Positions 10,682 through 20,153 of a DNA stretch of 64,000 nt are shown one piece after another. The notes beneath the pieces are model-generated. The model was not told the origin of the DNA, made no database searches, and saw only the letters and a program-made list of their open reading frames with translations. Source of the stretch: Candidatus Rokuibacteriota bacterium (GTDB lineage: Bacteria > Methylomirabilota > Methylomirabilia > Rokubacteriales > CSP1-6); contig QHTE01000062.1 of assembly GCA_003220685.1 (NCBI GenBank), forward strand, positions 5,624 to 69,623, written 5' to 3'. A program made the position numbers and the translations under genes. Positions within the stretch are counted from its first letter, which is position 1; each line of letters opens with the position of its first letter.

Positions 10682-11599
10682 ATGGACAAGGTCAGAAGCA
10701 TCCTTTCTGTCGGGCTCGTCACCCTCAGCGCCCTGCTACTGGCAGCCGGGCCGGCGGACGCGCAGGAAGGCACGCTGAAGAAGATCAAGGACACGAACAC
10801 GATCACGCTCGGGCACCGCGACGCCTCCATCCCGTTCTCGTACTTCGACGACAAGCAGCAGGCGGTCGGCTACGCGATGGATCTGTGCGGCAAGATCGTC
10901 GATGCGGTCAAGGCCGAGCTCAAGATGCCGAACCTCCAGGTGAAGCTGAACCCGGTCACCTCGGCGACACGCATCCCTCTGATGGCCAACGGCACCGTCG
11001 ATCTCGAGTGCGGCTCGACCACCAACAATCTCGAGCGCCAGAAGCAGGTCGCCTTCACGATCACGCACTTCGTGACCGCGAACCGCTTCGTGAGCAAGAA
11101 GGCGTCGAACCTCAAGAAGCTGGACGACCTCAAGGGCAAGACCGTCGTGTCGACCTCCGGCACGACCAACATCAAGCAGATCACCGAGCTCAACGGTCAG
11201 AAGAACCTCGGCATGACGATCCTGCCCGCGAAGGACCACGCCGAAGCGTTTCTGATGGTCGAGACCGGGCGCGCCGTAGCCTTCTTCATGGACGACATCC
11301 TGCTCTATAGCCTTGTCGCCAGCTCGAAGAACCCGTCGGAATGGACGATCTCCGCCGACGCGCTCTCTGTCGAGCCCTACGGCATCATGCTGCGCCGTGA
11401 CGATCCGTCGTTCAAGAAGGTCGTCGACGACGCGATGACGAAGGTCTACAAGTCCGGCGAGATCACCAAGATCTACGCCAAGTGGTTCCTGCAGCCCGTG
11501 CCGCCCAAGGGCATCAACCTCAACGTGCCGATGAGCGAGGTCTTCAAGCACGTCGTGGCCAAGCCCACGGACTCCGGCGATCCCAACGACTACAAGTAG
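10682..11599 (+). CDS. amino-acid ABC transporter substrate-binding protein (Glu/Asp GltI-like)
   Basis: Signal peptide, then TLKKIKDTNTITLGHRDASIPFSY. Followed by two permeases and an ATPase. Confidence 0.85.
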   Translation: MDKVRSILSVGLVTLSALLLAAGPADAQEGTLKKIKDTNTITLGHRDASIPFSYFDDKQQAVGYAMDLCGKIVDAVKAELKMPNLQVKLNPVTSATRIPLMANGTVDLECGSTTNNLERQKQVAFTITHFVTANRFVSKKASNLKKLDDLKGKTVVSTSGTTNIKQITELNGQKNLGMTILPAKDHAEAFLMVETGRAVAFFMDDILLYSLVASSKNPSEWTISADALSVEPYGIMLRRDDPSFKKVVDDAMTKVYKSGEITKIYAKWFLQPVPPKGINLNVPMSEVFKHVVAKPTDSGDPNDYK

Positions 11600-11639
11600 T
11601 CGAATTGCGCGCCCGTCCCGTCGGTGAGCCGAGCCGCCA

Positions 11640-12395
11640 GTGAAGTACAACTGGAACTGGGGCATCTTCTGGCAGCTCTCGCCGGACGGGCGCGGCACCT
11701 ATCTCGACACGCTCATCGCCGGGCTCGGCTGGACCCTGGCGACTGCGCTCTCGGCATGGGTGATCGCGCTCATCCTCGGCATTATCGTCGGCGTGGTCCG
11801 GACCACGCCGGTGCGCTGGCTACGGCTCCTCGGCGACGCCTGGGTCGAGGTCTTTCGCAACGTCCCGCTCCTCGTCCAGATGTTCCTCTGGTTCTTCGTG
11901 TTCCCCGAGCTCCTGCCGGCGTCGGTCGGGGTCTGGCTGAAGCAGCTGCCGCGCTCGGCCTTCTACACCGCGGTCCTGTGCTTGGGGCTCTACACCTCGG
12001 CGCGCGTGGCCGAGCAGACGCGCGCCGGCATCCAGTCGCTCGCGCGCGGTCAGCGCATGGCGGGCATCGCGCTCGGGCTCACGTTGCCCCAGACGTACCG
12101 CTTCGTGCTGCTGCCGATGGCGCTGCGCATCGTGATGCCTCCCCTCACCTCCGAGTTCCTGAACGTCATCAAGAACAGCGCCGTGGCGCTGACGATCGGC
12201 CTGGTCGAGCTGACGGCCAGCGCTCGCTCGATCCAGGAGTTCAGCTTCCAGGTGTTCGAGGCGTTCACGGCCGCCACGCTCATTTACATGTTCTTGAACC
12301 TGATCGTCGTGGCCGGGATGCGCTGGCTCGAGAAGCGGGTGGCGATCCCCGGGCTGATCGGTCCCGGCCAGGCGATGCCGCAGGCGGGGCACTGA
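11640..12395 (+). CDS. amino-acid ABC transporter permease (GltJ-like)
   Basis: 251-aa ORF with a GTG start. His/Glu/Gln/Arg/opine permease family features (ARGQRMAGIALGL). Confidence 0.85.
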   Translation: MKYNWNWGIFWQLSPDGRGTYLDTLIAGLGWTLATALSAWVIALILGIIVGVVRTTPVRWLRLLGDAWVEVFRNVPLLVQMFLWFFVFPELLPASVGVWLKQLPRSAFYTAVLCLGLYTSARVAEQTRAGIQSLARGQRMAGIALGLTLPQTYRFVLLPMALRIVMPPLTSEFLNVIKNSAVALTIGLVELTASARSIQEFSFQVFEAFTAATLIYMFLNLIVVAGMRWLEKRVAIPGLIGPGQAMPQAGH

Positions 12396-12396
12396 G

Positions 12397-13098
12397 GTGC
12401 TGACGGGCTTCGACTGGGACGTCATCCGGCGCACCGCGCCCTACCTGTTCCGGGAGGGCATGACATTCACGCTCACGCTCACCGCGCTCGCGATGACGGG
12501 CGGCATCGTCTTCGGCACGTTGCTGGCGATGATGCGCCTGGCGAGCTACCGCACGCTCTCAACCGCGGCCAGCGGGTACGTGAACGTGATGCGCTCGACG
12601 CCGCTTGTGCTCGTGATCTTCTGGTTCTACTTCCTGGTGCCCTGGATCGGCGGCTGGCTGCTCGGCGCGACGCGCCCGATCCAGGTCGGCGCGTTCCTCT
12701 CGTCCCTGATCACGTTCATGATGTTCGAGGCCGCCTACTACTGCGAGATCATGCGGGCCGGGATCCAGTCGATCCCGCGCGGTCAGATGTGGGCCGGCTA
12801 CGCGCTCGGGCTCTCGTACTGGCAGACCATGGGCCAGATCGTGCTGCCGCAGGCGTTCCGGAACATGCTACCGGTGCTCCTGACGCAGACCATCATCCTG
12901 TTCCAGGACACCTCGCTCGTCTACGTGCTCTCGATCACCGATTTCCTCGGCGCCGCCTCGAAGATCGCCCAGCGAGATCGCGGCGGTCTATTTCGCGATC
13001 AGCTTCGGCGTGTCGAGCCTCGTGAAGCAGCTCCAGCTCCGGCTGGCGGTTCCGAGCCGGTAGCGCGCGACTCCGGGAGGGCGCCGTCATGGCGATGA
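12397..13098 (+). CDS. amino-acid ABC transporter permease (GltK-like), 3' end disrupted by a small deletion/frameshift
   Basis: The family signature [15 protein letters not shown] is present. After ...SKIAQRD (about 12978) the conserved C-terminus [27 protein letters not shown] continues in the +1 frame, with its stop at 13061-13063. Confidence 0.75.
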   Translation: MLTGFDWDVIRRTAPYLFREGMTFTLTLTALAMTGGIVFGTLLAMMRLASYRTLSTAASGYVNVMRSTPLVLVIFWFYFLVPWIGGWLLGATRPIQVGAFLSSLITFMMFEAAYYCEIMRAGIQSIPRGQMWAGYALGLSYWQTMGQIVLPQAFRNMLPVLLTQTIILFQDTSLVYVLSITDFLGAASKIAQRDRGGLFRDQLRRVEPREAAPAPAGGSEPVARDSGRAPSWR

Positions 13099-13823
13099 TC
13101 GAGATGAAGGACGTCAGCAAGTGGTACGGGCCGGTGCAGGTGCTGAAGGACTGCTCGGCCGCCGTGAACAAGGGCGAGGTCGTCGTCGTGTGCGGGCCCT
13201 CCGGCTCGGGCAAGAGCACCTTGATCAAGACGGTCAACGGGCTCGAGCCGTTCCAGCGCGGCGACGTGCTGGTCAACGGCATCTCGGTGGGCGATCCGAA
13301 GACCAACCTCACGCGCCTGCGCGCCCAGATCGGCATGGTCTTCCAGCACTTCGAGCTGTTTCCGCACATGAGCGTCGTCGACAACATCAGCCTCGGCCAG
13401 GTGCGCGTCCTCGGGCGCTCGCGCGACGAGGCCACGGCCCGGTCGATGAAGCTCCTCGAGCGCGTCGGGCTCACGCAGCACGCGGCGAAGTACCCGGGGC
13501 AGCTCTCGGGCGGTCAGCAGCAGCGGGTCGCGATCGCGCGCGCGCTGGCGATGGATCCGCTGGCGATGCTCTTCGACGAGCCGACCTCGGCGCTCGACCC
13601 GGAGATGATCAACGAGGTGCTCGACGTCATGACCGAGCTGGCGCGCGAGGGCATGACCATGATGGTCGTCACCCACGAGATGGGCTTTGCCAGCCGCGTG
13701 GCGCACCGGGTGATCTTCATGGACCAGGGTCAGATCGTGGAGGACGACAAGAAGGAGGACTTCTTCCGGACGCCGCGCTCGGAGCGCGCCCAGCAGTTTC
13801 TGTCGAAGATCCTCCACCACTGA
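13089..13823 (+). CDS. amino-acid ABC transporter ATP-binding protein (GltL/GlnQ-like)
   Basis: Walker [10 protein letters not shown], signature [15 protein letters not shown], Walker [12 protein letters not shown]. Confidence 0.9.
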   Translation: MAMIEMKDVSKWYGPVQVLKDCSAAVNKGEVVVVCGPSGSGKSTLIKTVNGLEPFQRGDVLVNGISVGDPKTNLTRLRAQIGMVFQHFELFPHMSVVDNISLGQVRVLGRSRDEATARSMKLLERVGLTQHAAKYPGQLSGGQQQRVAIARALAMDPLAMLFDEPTSALDPEMINEVLDVMTELAREGMTMMVVTHEMGFASRVAHRVIFMDQGQIVEDDKKEDFFRTPRSERAQQFLSKILHH

Positions 13824-13824
13824 G

Positions 13825-14334
13825 TCAGCGGATCACGATCAGCACGTCGCCGCCGTTCACCGCCTGACCGGGCTCGACCCGCACCTCGGCGATCGTGCCC
13901 GAGGCGCCCGCCTTGAACTCGTTCTCCATCTTCATCGCCTCGATCACGAGCAATGTGGCACCCTTTTCGACCTTGTCGCCAGGCTTGACCGCGACCTTGA
14001 CGATGCGCCCGGGCAGCGGCGCCACGAGCGTCCGCGCCGCCTGTCCGCCCCCGGCCCCGCCCTTCGTGCGGATGATGTAGCGGGTCTGCTCCTCCACGTG
14101 GATGACGTAGCGCTCGGCGCCCACGTCGACCACGCACGCGCCGTCCTCGTCGAAGACATCGGCCACGTACGACGCGCCGCCGATCAGCAGCGAATAGATG
14201 CCTTGCGCGGTCAGGCGCCCGTCGACCTCCCAGACCTCGGAGCCGATCGTGAGCCGGTAGCGTCCGGCCTCGCCGCTCACCTCGACCATCTCGGTCGTGT
14301 CGCCGACCGTCACCGCGAACTTCACGACCGCCAC
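13825..14334 (-). CDS. BT-barrel + biotinyl (BCCP) part of an acyl-CoA carboxylase alpha subunit
   Basis: 169-aa ORF with a GTG start. Has the EAMKMENE biotinylation motif. Overlaps the BC ORF by 13 nt. Confidence 0.8.
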   Translation of the reverse strand: MAVVKFAVTVGDTTEMVEVSGEAGRYRLTIGSEVWEVDGRLTAQGIYSLLIGGASYVADVFDEDGACVVDVGAERYVIHVEEQTRYIIRTKGGAGGGQAARTLVAPLPGRIVKVAVKPGDKVEKGATLLVIEAMKMENEFKAGASGTIAEVRVEPGQAVNGGDVLIVIR

Positions 14335-15818
14335 CCCGGGTGTCGGCCGGTCCGCCAGGAGTCCGGCGATGGCGGCGGCGCCTCGACGATCGTGCGGCGG
14401 CCCAGACGCTCGTACTCGGCGAGCACCGCAGCGATGACGGCGACGGATCGGGCACGGTCCCGCTCCGCGGCGAACGTCGGCAGGACCCGGTCAAGGAAGC
14501 CCGTCGAGAGCCGGCCGGCGCGGAAGTCTTCGTGCGCTACGATCTGCGCGAGCACGGGGATCGTCGTGAGGATCCCGACCACCTTGTACTCGGAGAGCGC
14601 GCGCGCCATGCGCTGGATGGCCGCCGGGCGATCCGCGCCCCACACGATGAGCTTGGCGAGCAGGGTGTCGTAGTAGCGCGGCACCGTGTAGCCCTCGTAG
14701 GCCCCGGAATCGTCGCGCACCCAGGGCCCGGTCGCGGCGCGCAGGCGGGTGATCTTGCCCGGCGAGGGCATCCAGCCGCCGAACGGATCCTCGGCGTTGA
14801 TCCGGCACTCGATCGCGGCTCCGCGCACGCTCACGTCCGCCTGCGCGAAGCCGAGCGTCGCGCCAGCGGCGATCCGCAGCTGCTCGCGGACGAGGTCGAT
14901 GCCGGTGACCATCTCGGTCACGGGATGCTCCACCTGCAGCCGCGTGTTCATCTCGAGGAAGTAGAAGCTCCCGTCGGCGTCCACCAGGAACTCCACGGTG
15001 CCCGCGTTGACGTAGCCGGCGGCCTTCGCGATGCGGCACGCGGCCTCGCCGAGCCGGGCGCGTATCGTCGGATCGACGACCGGCGAGGGCGCTTCCTCGA
15101 CGACCTTCTGATGGCGTCGCTGAATGGAGCACTCGCGCTCGCCGAGATGGACGACGTGGCCGTGCGTGTCGGCGACCACCTGCACCTCGATGTGCCGCGG
15201 CTCCACGAGGAGGCGCTCGAGGTACACGGCGCCGTCGCCGAACGCCCACGCCGCCTCGCTCTGCGCCAGCCCGAGCGCCGCCACCAGCTCGCCCTCGGCG
15301 TGGACGGCGCGCATGCCCTTGCCGCCGCCGCCCATGCTGGCCTTGATCATGAGCGGATAGCCGATCCCGCGGGCGGCGGCGAGCACGGCGGCCTCGCCCG
15401 ACACGGGCTCGAACGTGCCCGGCACGGTCGGCACCCCGAGCTCGCGCGCGATCCGGCGCGCCGCAGTCTTGTCGCCGAGCGCGCGGATCGCCTCCGGCGG
15501 CGGGCCGATGAACACGAGCCCGGCGGCGGCGCAGGCCTCGGCGAACGCGGCGTTCTCGGCGAGGAAGCCGTACCCGGGATGGACGGCGTCGGCGCCGGCG
15601 GCCTTTGCGACGCGCACGAGCTTGTCGATCGCGAGATAGCTCTCGTTGGGCGCGGGGGGGCCGATCGGGTAGGCCTCGTCGGCCATCAGGACGTGGAGCG
15701 CCTCGCGATCGGCCTCGGAGAACACCGCGACCGACGCGATCCCCTGCTCGCGGCAGGCGCGGATCACCCGCACGGCGATCTCGCCGCGGTTGGCGACGAG
15801 GACCTTCGCGATCCTCAT
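14322..15818 (-). CDS. biotin carboxylase part of an acyl-CoA carboxylase alpha subunit
   Basis: 498-aa ORF with KVLVANRGEIAVRVIRA, ATP-grasp and MNTRLQVEHPVTE motifs. It ends in the BT-domain region (SPDSWRTGRHPGWR). Confidence 0.9.
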   Translation of the reverse strand: MRIAKVLVANRGEIAVRVIRACREQGIASVAVFSEADREALHVLMADEAYPIGPPAPNESYLAIDKLVRVAKAAGADAVHPGYGFLAENAAFAEACAAAGLVFIGPPPEAIRALGDKTAARRIARELGVPTVPGTFEPVSGEAAVLAAARGIGYPLMIKASMGGGGKGMRAVHAEGELVAALGLAQSEAAWAFGDGAVYLERLLVEPRHIEVQVVADTHGHVVHLGERECSIQRRHQKVVEEAPSPVVDPTIRARLGEAACRIAKAAGYVNAGTVEFLVDADGSFYFLEMNTRLQVEHPVTEMVTGIDLVREQLRIAAGATLGFAQADVSVRGAAIECRINAEDPFGGWMPSPGKITRLRAATGPWVRDDSGAYEGYTVPRYYDTLLAKLIVWGADRPAAIQRMARALSEYKVVGILTTIPVLAQIVAHEDFRAGRLSTGFLDRVLPTFAAERDRARSVAVIAAVLAEYERLGRRTIVEAPPPSPDSWRTGRHPGWRS

Positions 15819-15828
15819 CGGGCCGTCC

Positions 15829-16611
15829 TCAGCGCCCCTCGAAACGCGGGCGGCGCTTCTCGCGGAAGGCTTTCACGCCCTCGCGGTGATCGGCGGTCTT
15901 GATGAGGATCGACTGGCCGAAGCTCTCGAGCGTCCGCGCGGTGTGGAGGTCGGCGCTGACGCAGCTCTGGATCACGCGCTTGGCCAGGCCGAGGGCCTGG
16001 GGCGCCTTGGCGGCGAGCCGGGCGGCGAGGGCCTGCGCCTCACCCGCGAGGTCGGCGTCGGCCACGACGCGGCCCACCAGCCCGTAGCGGTGCGCGTCGT
16101 CGGCCGTGACGATCTCGCCAGTCAGCACGAGCTCCTTGGCGCGGCCGAATCCGACCAGCTTGACCAGGCGCGAGCAGCCGCCGATGCCCGGGATCAGGCC
16201 GAGGTTGTTCTCGGGCAGGCCGAACCGCGCCGAGCGCGCCGCGATCCGCAGGTCGCACGCCAGGGCGAGCTCGAGCCCGCCGCCGACGCACGTGCCGTTG
16301 ATCGCCGCGATCAGCGGCTTCTCAAGCGCCTCGAGGTCGTTGAAGAAGCTCGTGAGCAGGCGCGTGTTGGCGCGGAACACCGGCGTGTTCCAGTCGGTCT
16401 CGAAGGTCGAGACGTCGGCGCCCACGCAGAAGGTCTTGCCGGTCCCGGTGAAGACGGCCACCCGGACGGCCTCGTTCGCGTAGAGCTCGTCGGCGAGGGC
16501 CCGGAAGTCGGCGCGCATCTCCATCGAGATCGCGTTGTTCTTCTCGGGGCGGTTGATGGTGACGGTGGCGACACCGTCCGCGAGCTCGTATTTCAAGGTC
16601 TCGTAAGCCAT
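15829..16611 (-). CDS. enoyl-CoA hydratase/isomerase (crotonase) family
   Basis: Start trimmed to MAYETLKYEL. Has VATVTINRPEKNNA and GGGLELALACD motifs. Confidence 0.85.
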   Translation of the reverse strand: MAYETLKYELADGVATVTINRPEKNNAISMEMRADFRALADELYANEAVRVAVFTGTGKTFCVGADVSTFETDWNTPVFRANTRLLTSFFNDLEALEKPLIAAINGTCVGGGLELALACDLRIAARSARFGLPENNLGLIPGIGGCSRLVKLVGFGRAKELVLTGEIVTADDAHRYGLVGRVVADADLAGEAQALAARLAAKAPQALGLAKRVIQSCVSADLHTARTLESFGQSILIKTADHREGVKAFREKRRPRFEGR

Positions 16612-16613
16612 GG

Positions 16614-17039
16614 CTAGCGCGGACAGAGCTCGAGGCTCGAGAAGAAGTAGGGGATCTCGACCGCCGCGGACTCTGGGGAGTCGGAGCCGTGGACCGCGTT
16701 GGCCTCGATGGACGAGGCGAACTCCCTTCGGATCGTGCCGGCCGCCGCCTTCGCCGGATCGGTGGCGCCCATGAGGTCGCGCCAGCGCGCGATCACGTCG
16801 TCCCCCTCGAGCACCATCAAGAGGCACGGCCCCTCGGTCATGAAGGCGCAGAGGCTCTGGTAGAACGGCCGCCCGCGATGCACGTTGTAGAAGCCGCGCG
16901 CCTCCGCGAGCGACATGTGCAGGAGCTTGGCCGCGACGATCGTGAAGCCGGCGTCCTCGATGCGCGTGATGATCTTGCCGGCCACGCGCTTGGCCACCGC
17001 GTCGGGCTTGACGATGGCGAGGGTGCGCTGCACGCTCAT
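16614..17039 (-). CDS. ndk: nucleoside-diphosphate kinase
   Basis: 141 aa. Has [11 protein letters not shown] and NAVHGSDS motifs. Its start overlaps the sucD stop (ATGA). Confidence 0.9.
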   Translation of the reverse strand: MSVQRTLAIVKPDAVAKRVAGKIITRIEDAGFTIVAAKLLHMSLAEARGFYNVHRGRPFYQSLCAFMTEGPCLLMVLEGDDVIARWRDLMGATDPAKAAAGTIRREFASSIEANAVHGSDSPESAAVEIPYFFSSLELCPR

Positions 17040-17911
17040 CGCCCGATCACCTTCGCCATGGTGGCTCCCATGTCGGCGGGGCTCCGGACCAGCGTCGCCC
17101 CCGCGTCCTCGAGTGCTCTCATCTTTTCGGCCGCCGTTCCCCTGCCGCCGGCGATGATCGCGCCCGCATGGCCCATGCGGCGTCCGGGCGGCGCCGTCTG
17201 GCCGCAGATGAACGCGACGACCGGCTTGTCCACCTTGGCCTTGATGAACGCGGCCGCCTCTTCCTCGGCGGTGCCGCCGATCTCGCCGATCATCATGATC
17301 GCGCGCGTCTCCGGGTCGTCGTTGAACAGGCGGAGGAGGTCGACGAAGCTCGTGCCGTTGACCGGGTCGCCGCCGATCCCGACGCACGTCGATTGCCCGA
17401 TGCCGCGCCCGCTGAGCTGGCCGACGACCTCGTAGGTCAGGGTGCCGCTGCGCGAGACGACGCCCACCGGCCCCGCCTTGTGGATGTGCCCGGGCATGAT
17501 CCCGATCTTCGCCTGGTCCGGCGTGATGACGCCGGGGCAATTCGGTCCGATCAGGCGGCTCTTCGTCCCGGCCAGATAGTGCTTCGCCCGCACCATGTCG
17601 GCGACGGGAATGCCCTCGGTGATGCACACGATCAGCGGGATCTCGGCCGCGGCCGCTTCCATGATGGCGTCGGCCGCCGCCGTCGGCGGCACGAAGATCA
17701 GGGCGCAGGTCGCGCCCTCGCTCGCCACCGCCTCGGCGACGGTGTTCCAGACCGGGAAACCCTCGTGCGTCGTGCCGCCGCCCTTGCCGGGCGTCACCCC
17801 GCCGACGACGATCGTGCCGTACTCTCGGCACCGCGCGGCGTGGAAGGCGCCCTCGCGCCCCGTGATGCCCTGCACGAGCACGCGCGTCGTCCGGTCGACG
17901 AGGATGCTCAT
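17036..17911 (-). CDS. sucD: succinyl-CoA synthetase alpha subunit
   Basis: 291 aa. Has [18 protein letters not shown] and GHAGAII motifs. Confidence 0.95.
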   Translation of the reverse strand: MSILVDRTTRVLVQGITGREGAFHAARCREYGTIVVGGVTPGKGGGTTHEGFPVWNTVAEAVASEGATCALIFVPPTAAADAIMEAAAAEIPLIVCITEGIPVADMVRAKHYLAGTKSRLIGPNCPGVITPDQAKIGIMPGHIHKAGPVGVVSRSGTLTYEVVGQLSGRGIGQSTCVGIGGDPVNGTSFVDLLRLFNDDPETRAIMMIGEIGGTAEEEAAAFIKAKVDKPVVAFICGQTAPPGRRMGHAGAIIAGGRGTAAEKMRALEDAGATLVRSPADMGATMAKVIGR

Positions 17912-18265
17912 TCAGCGCTTCCGCCGCGTGTCGGCGCGCCGCTGCTCGAGGACGGCGGCGACTTCCTGGTAGCGGCGGTGGTCGGTGGGCATCGTCTTGA
18001 CGATGATCTCATAGCACGCGTCGGTGTTCTCGCGCCGGCACCACTGGATCATGTCGTCGACCAGCTTGTCCCGATAGCGGCTGTGCGGGTATTTCTCGAA
18101 GAACGCCTTCGCCTTCACCATGGACATCGTGGCGACGACGTCCTCGTAGGCCCCCTGCTCCGACCGCCAACAGCCGGTGCTCGCGACCACGGAAGCCGTG
18201 AGGAGAACGAGCGGCAGCCACCGGCTAGCCCCGCGCGAGGGCCACCGCCTTCTTGGCTCCATCAC
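17912..18265 (-). CDS. small secreted/lipoprotein-like hypothetical protein inserted between sucC and sucD
   Basis: 117-aa ORF with high-GC3 coding look. Signal-like [17 protein letters not shown]. Its stop abuts the sucD start and its start overlaps the sucC 3' end by 41 nt. Confidence 0.55.
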   Translation of the reverse strand: MMEPRRRWPSRGASRWLPLVLLTASVVASTGCWRSEQGAYEDVVATMSMVKAKAFFEKYPHSRYRDKLVDDMIQWCRRENTDACYEIIVKTMPTDHRRYQEVAAVLEQRRADTRRKR

Positions 18266-19385
18266 CCATGTCGTCGGCGTTCGTCAGCGCCAGCCCCGAC
18301 TCGGCGAGCATCCGCCTGCCTTCCTCCACGTTGGTGCCTTCCATGCGCACCACGACCGGGAGCCGCAGGCCGAGCTTCTGGACGGCGGCGATCACGCCCG
18401 CGGCCAGACGGTCGCAGCGCAGGATGCCGCCGAACACGTTGATGAACACCGCCTTCACGCTCGGATCGGACGAGAGGATCCGGAACGCGTTCTCGATCTG
18501 CTCGGGCGAGGCGCCGCCGCCCACGTCGAGGAAGTTAGCCGGCTCGCCGCCGGCGAGCTTCACGATGTCCATCGTGGCCATCGCCAGCCCGGCGCCGTTC
18601 ACCATGCAGCCGACGTTGCCGTCGAGCTTGATGTAGTTCAAGCCGTACTTCGACGCCTCGACGTCGAGCGGATCTTCCTCGTTGACGTCGCGGAGGGCGG
18701 CGATCTCCTTCCGGCGCATCAGCGCGTTGTCGTCGAAGTTGAGCTTGGCGTCGAGGGCCAGCACGCGACCGTCCTTCGTGACCACGAGAGGGTTGATCTC
18801 GACCAGCGAGCAGTCGTGGGCGAGATAGAGGGCGAAGAGGCTCCGGATCAGGCCGACGGTCTGCTTGAACGGCTCGCCCGCCAGCCCGAGCCCATAGGCC
18901 AGGCGGCGCGCCTGGAAGTCCTGGATCCCGAGCGCCGGGTGCGCCCACTCCCGGAAGATCCGCTCGGGCGTCCGCGCCGCGACCTCCTCGATGTCCATCC
19001 CGCCGGCCAGCGAGGCCAGCACGACGTGGGTCGCGCGCGCGCGGTCGAGCGTGATCGAGAGGTAGAGCTCGCGGTCGACCGCCGAGCCTTCTTCGACGAG
19101 CACCGATCGCACCAGGATGCCGTCGGGTGGCGTCTGCGGGGTCTTGAGCTTCATCCCGAGGATCTGCTTCGCGACGCGCTCGGCCGCGGCCGCGTCGTCG
19201 GCAACCTTGATGCCGCCGGCCTTGCCTCGGCCACCCGCGTGGACCTGGGCCTTCACGACCACCCGGCCGCCCAGCCGCGATGCGACGGCGCGGGCCTCCG
19301 CCGGGGTCGTGGCGACGTCGCCCGCTGGCACCGGGACGCCGAACTCGCGCAGCAGGGCCTTGGCCTGATACTCGTGGATTTTCAC
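18225..19385 (-). CDS. sucC: succinyl-CoA synthetase beta subunit
   Basis: 386 aa. Has [20 protein letters not shown] and an ATP-grasp domain. Confidence 0.95.
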   Translation of the reverse strand: MKIHEYQAKALLREFGVPVPAGDVATTPAEARAVASRLGGRVVVKAQVHAGGRGKAGGIKVADDAAAAERVAKQILGMKLKTPQTPPDGILVRSVLVEEGSAVDRELYLSITLDRARATHVVLASLAGGMDIEEVAARTPERIFREWAHPALGIQDFQARRLAYGLGLAGEPFKQTVGLIRSLFALYLAHDCSLVEINPLVVTKDGRVLALDAKLNFDDNALMRRKEIAALRDVNEEDPLDVEASKYGLNYIKLDGNVGCMVNGAGLAMATMDIVKLAGGEPANFLDVGGGASPEQIENAFRILSSDPSVKAVFINVFGGILRCDRLAAGVIAAVQKLGLRLPVVVRMEGTNVEEGRRMLAESGLALTNADDMGDGAKKAVALARG

Positions 19386-19395
19386 GGACGCGCGG

Positions 19396-20151
19396 TCAGG
19401 CCGGTCGGCTCTTCTGGCCGCGGAACCGGCGCAGCAGCCAGACGATCGGGTCGAGCGAATCGGCCGCCCGTTCTTTCAGCGGGATGATCCCGTTGTCCGT
19501 GATGTGGATGTGCTCCGGGCACACCTCGGTGCAGCACTTGGTGATGTTGCAGAGGCCGATGCCCGCGTTCTCCGTGATGAAGCTCGAGCGGTCGCGTGTG
19601 TCCAACGGATGCATGTCGAGACTCGCGAGCTTGATGAAGAAACGGGGCCCCGAGAACACGCGTTTCTTGTCCTCGTGGTCGCGAATCACGTGACACACGT
19701 CCTGGCACAGGAAGCATTCGATGCACTTGTGGAACTCCTGGATGCGGTCGATGTCCTCCTGCATCATGCGGTACGTGCCGTCCGGCTCGGGCGGCTTGAG
19801 GCGCAGCGGCGGCACCTGCTTGGCCTTCTCGTAGTTGTAGGACACGTCGGTCACGAGATCGCGGATGAGCGGGAAGGTCCGGATCGGCGCCACGGTGATC
19901 GTGTCGCCCGGCTGGAACAGGTCCATCCGGGTCATGCACATGAGACGCGGCTTGCCGTTCACCTCGGCGCTGCACGATCCGCACTTGCCGGCCTTGCAGT
20001 TCCACCGGCAGGCAAGGTCGTTGGCCTGGGTCGCCTGGATCCGGTGGATCACGTCGAGCACGACCATGCCTTCCTCGGGCTCGACCGTGTAGTCCTGAAA
20101 GCCGCCGCCGGAGGGGTCGCCGCGGAACACCCGCATCGTGAATTGCGCCAT
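19396..20151 (-). CDS. sdhB: succinate dehydrogenase/fumarate reductase iron-sulfur subunit
   Basis: Start trimmed to MAQFTMRVFRG. Has CRWNCKAGKCGSCSAEVNG, CIECFLCQDVC and CNITKCCTEVCP cluster motifs. Confidence 0.9.
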   Translation of the reverse strand: MAQFTMRVFRGDPSGGGFQDYTVEPEEGMVVLDVIHRIQATQANDLACRWNCKAGKCGSCSAEVNGKPRLMCMTRMDLFQPGDTITVAPIRTFPLIRDLVTDVSYNYEKAKQVPPLRLKPPEPDGTYRMMQEDIDRIQEFHKCIECFLCQDVCHVIRDHEDKKRVFSGPRFFIKLASLDMHPLDTRDRSSFITENAGIGLCNITKCCTEVCPEHIHITDNGIIPLKERAADSLDPIVWLLRRFRGQKSRPA

Positions 20152-20153
20152 CG

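Noticed and set aside
16614-17831. Extended ORFs that run through an upstream gene in another frame. Examples are the 405-aa ORF ending in ndk, the 808-aa ORF 40465..42891 ending in the DsrE-like gene, and 21956..23185, 20154..22265 and 27503..28576.
   Set aside because: Only the 3' portions carry family signatures. Sensible starts with overlap coupling (ATGA/TGATG/TTGA) or Shine-Dalgarno sites exist internally. The 5' extensions overlap well-supported genes.
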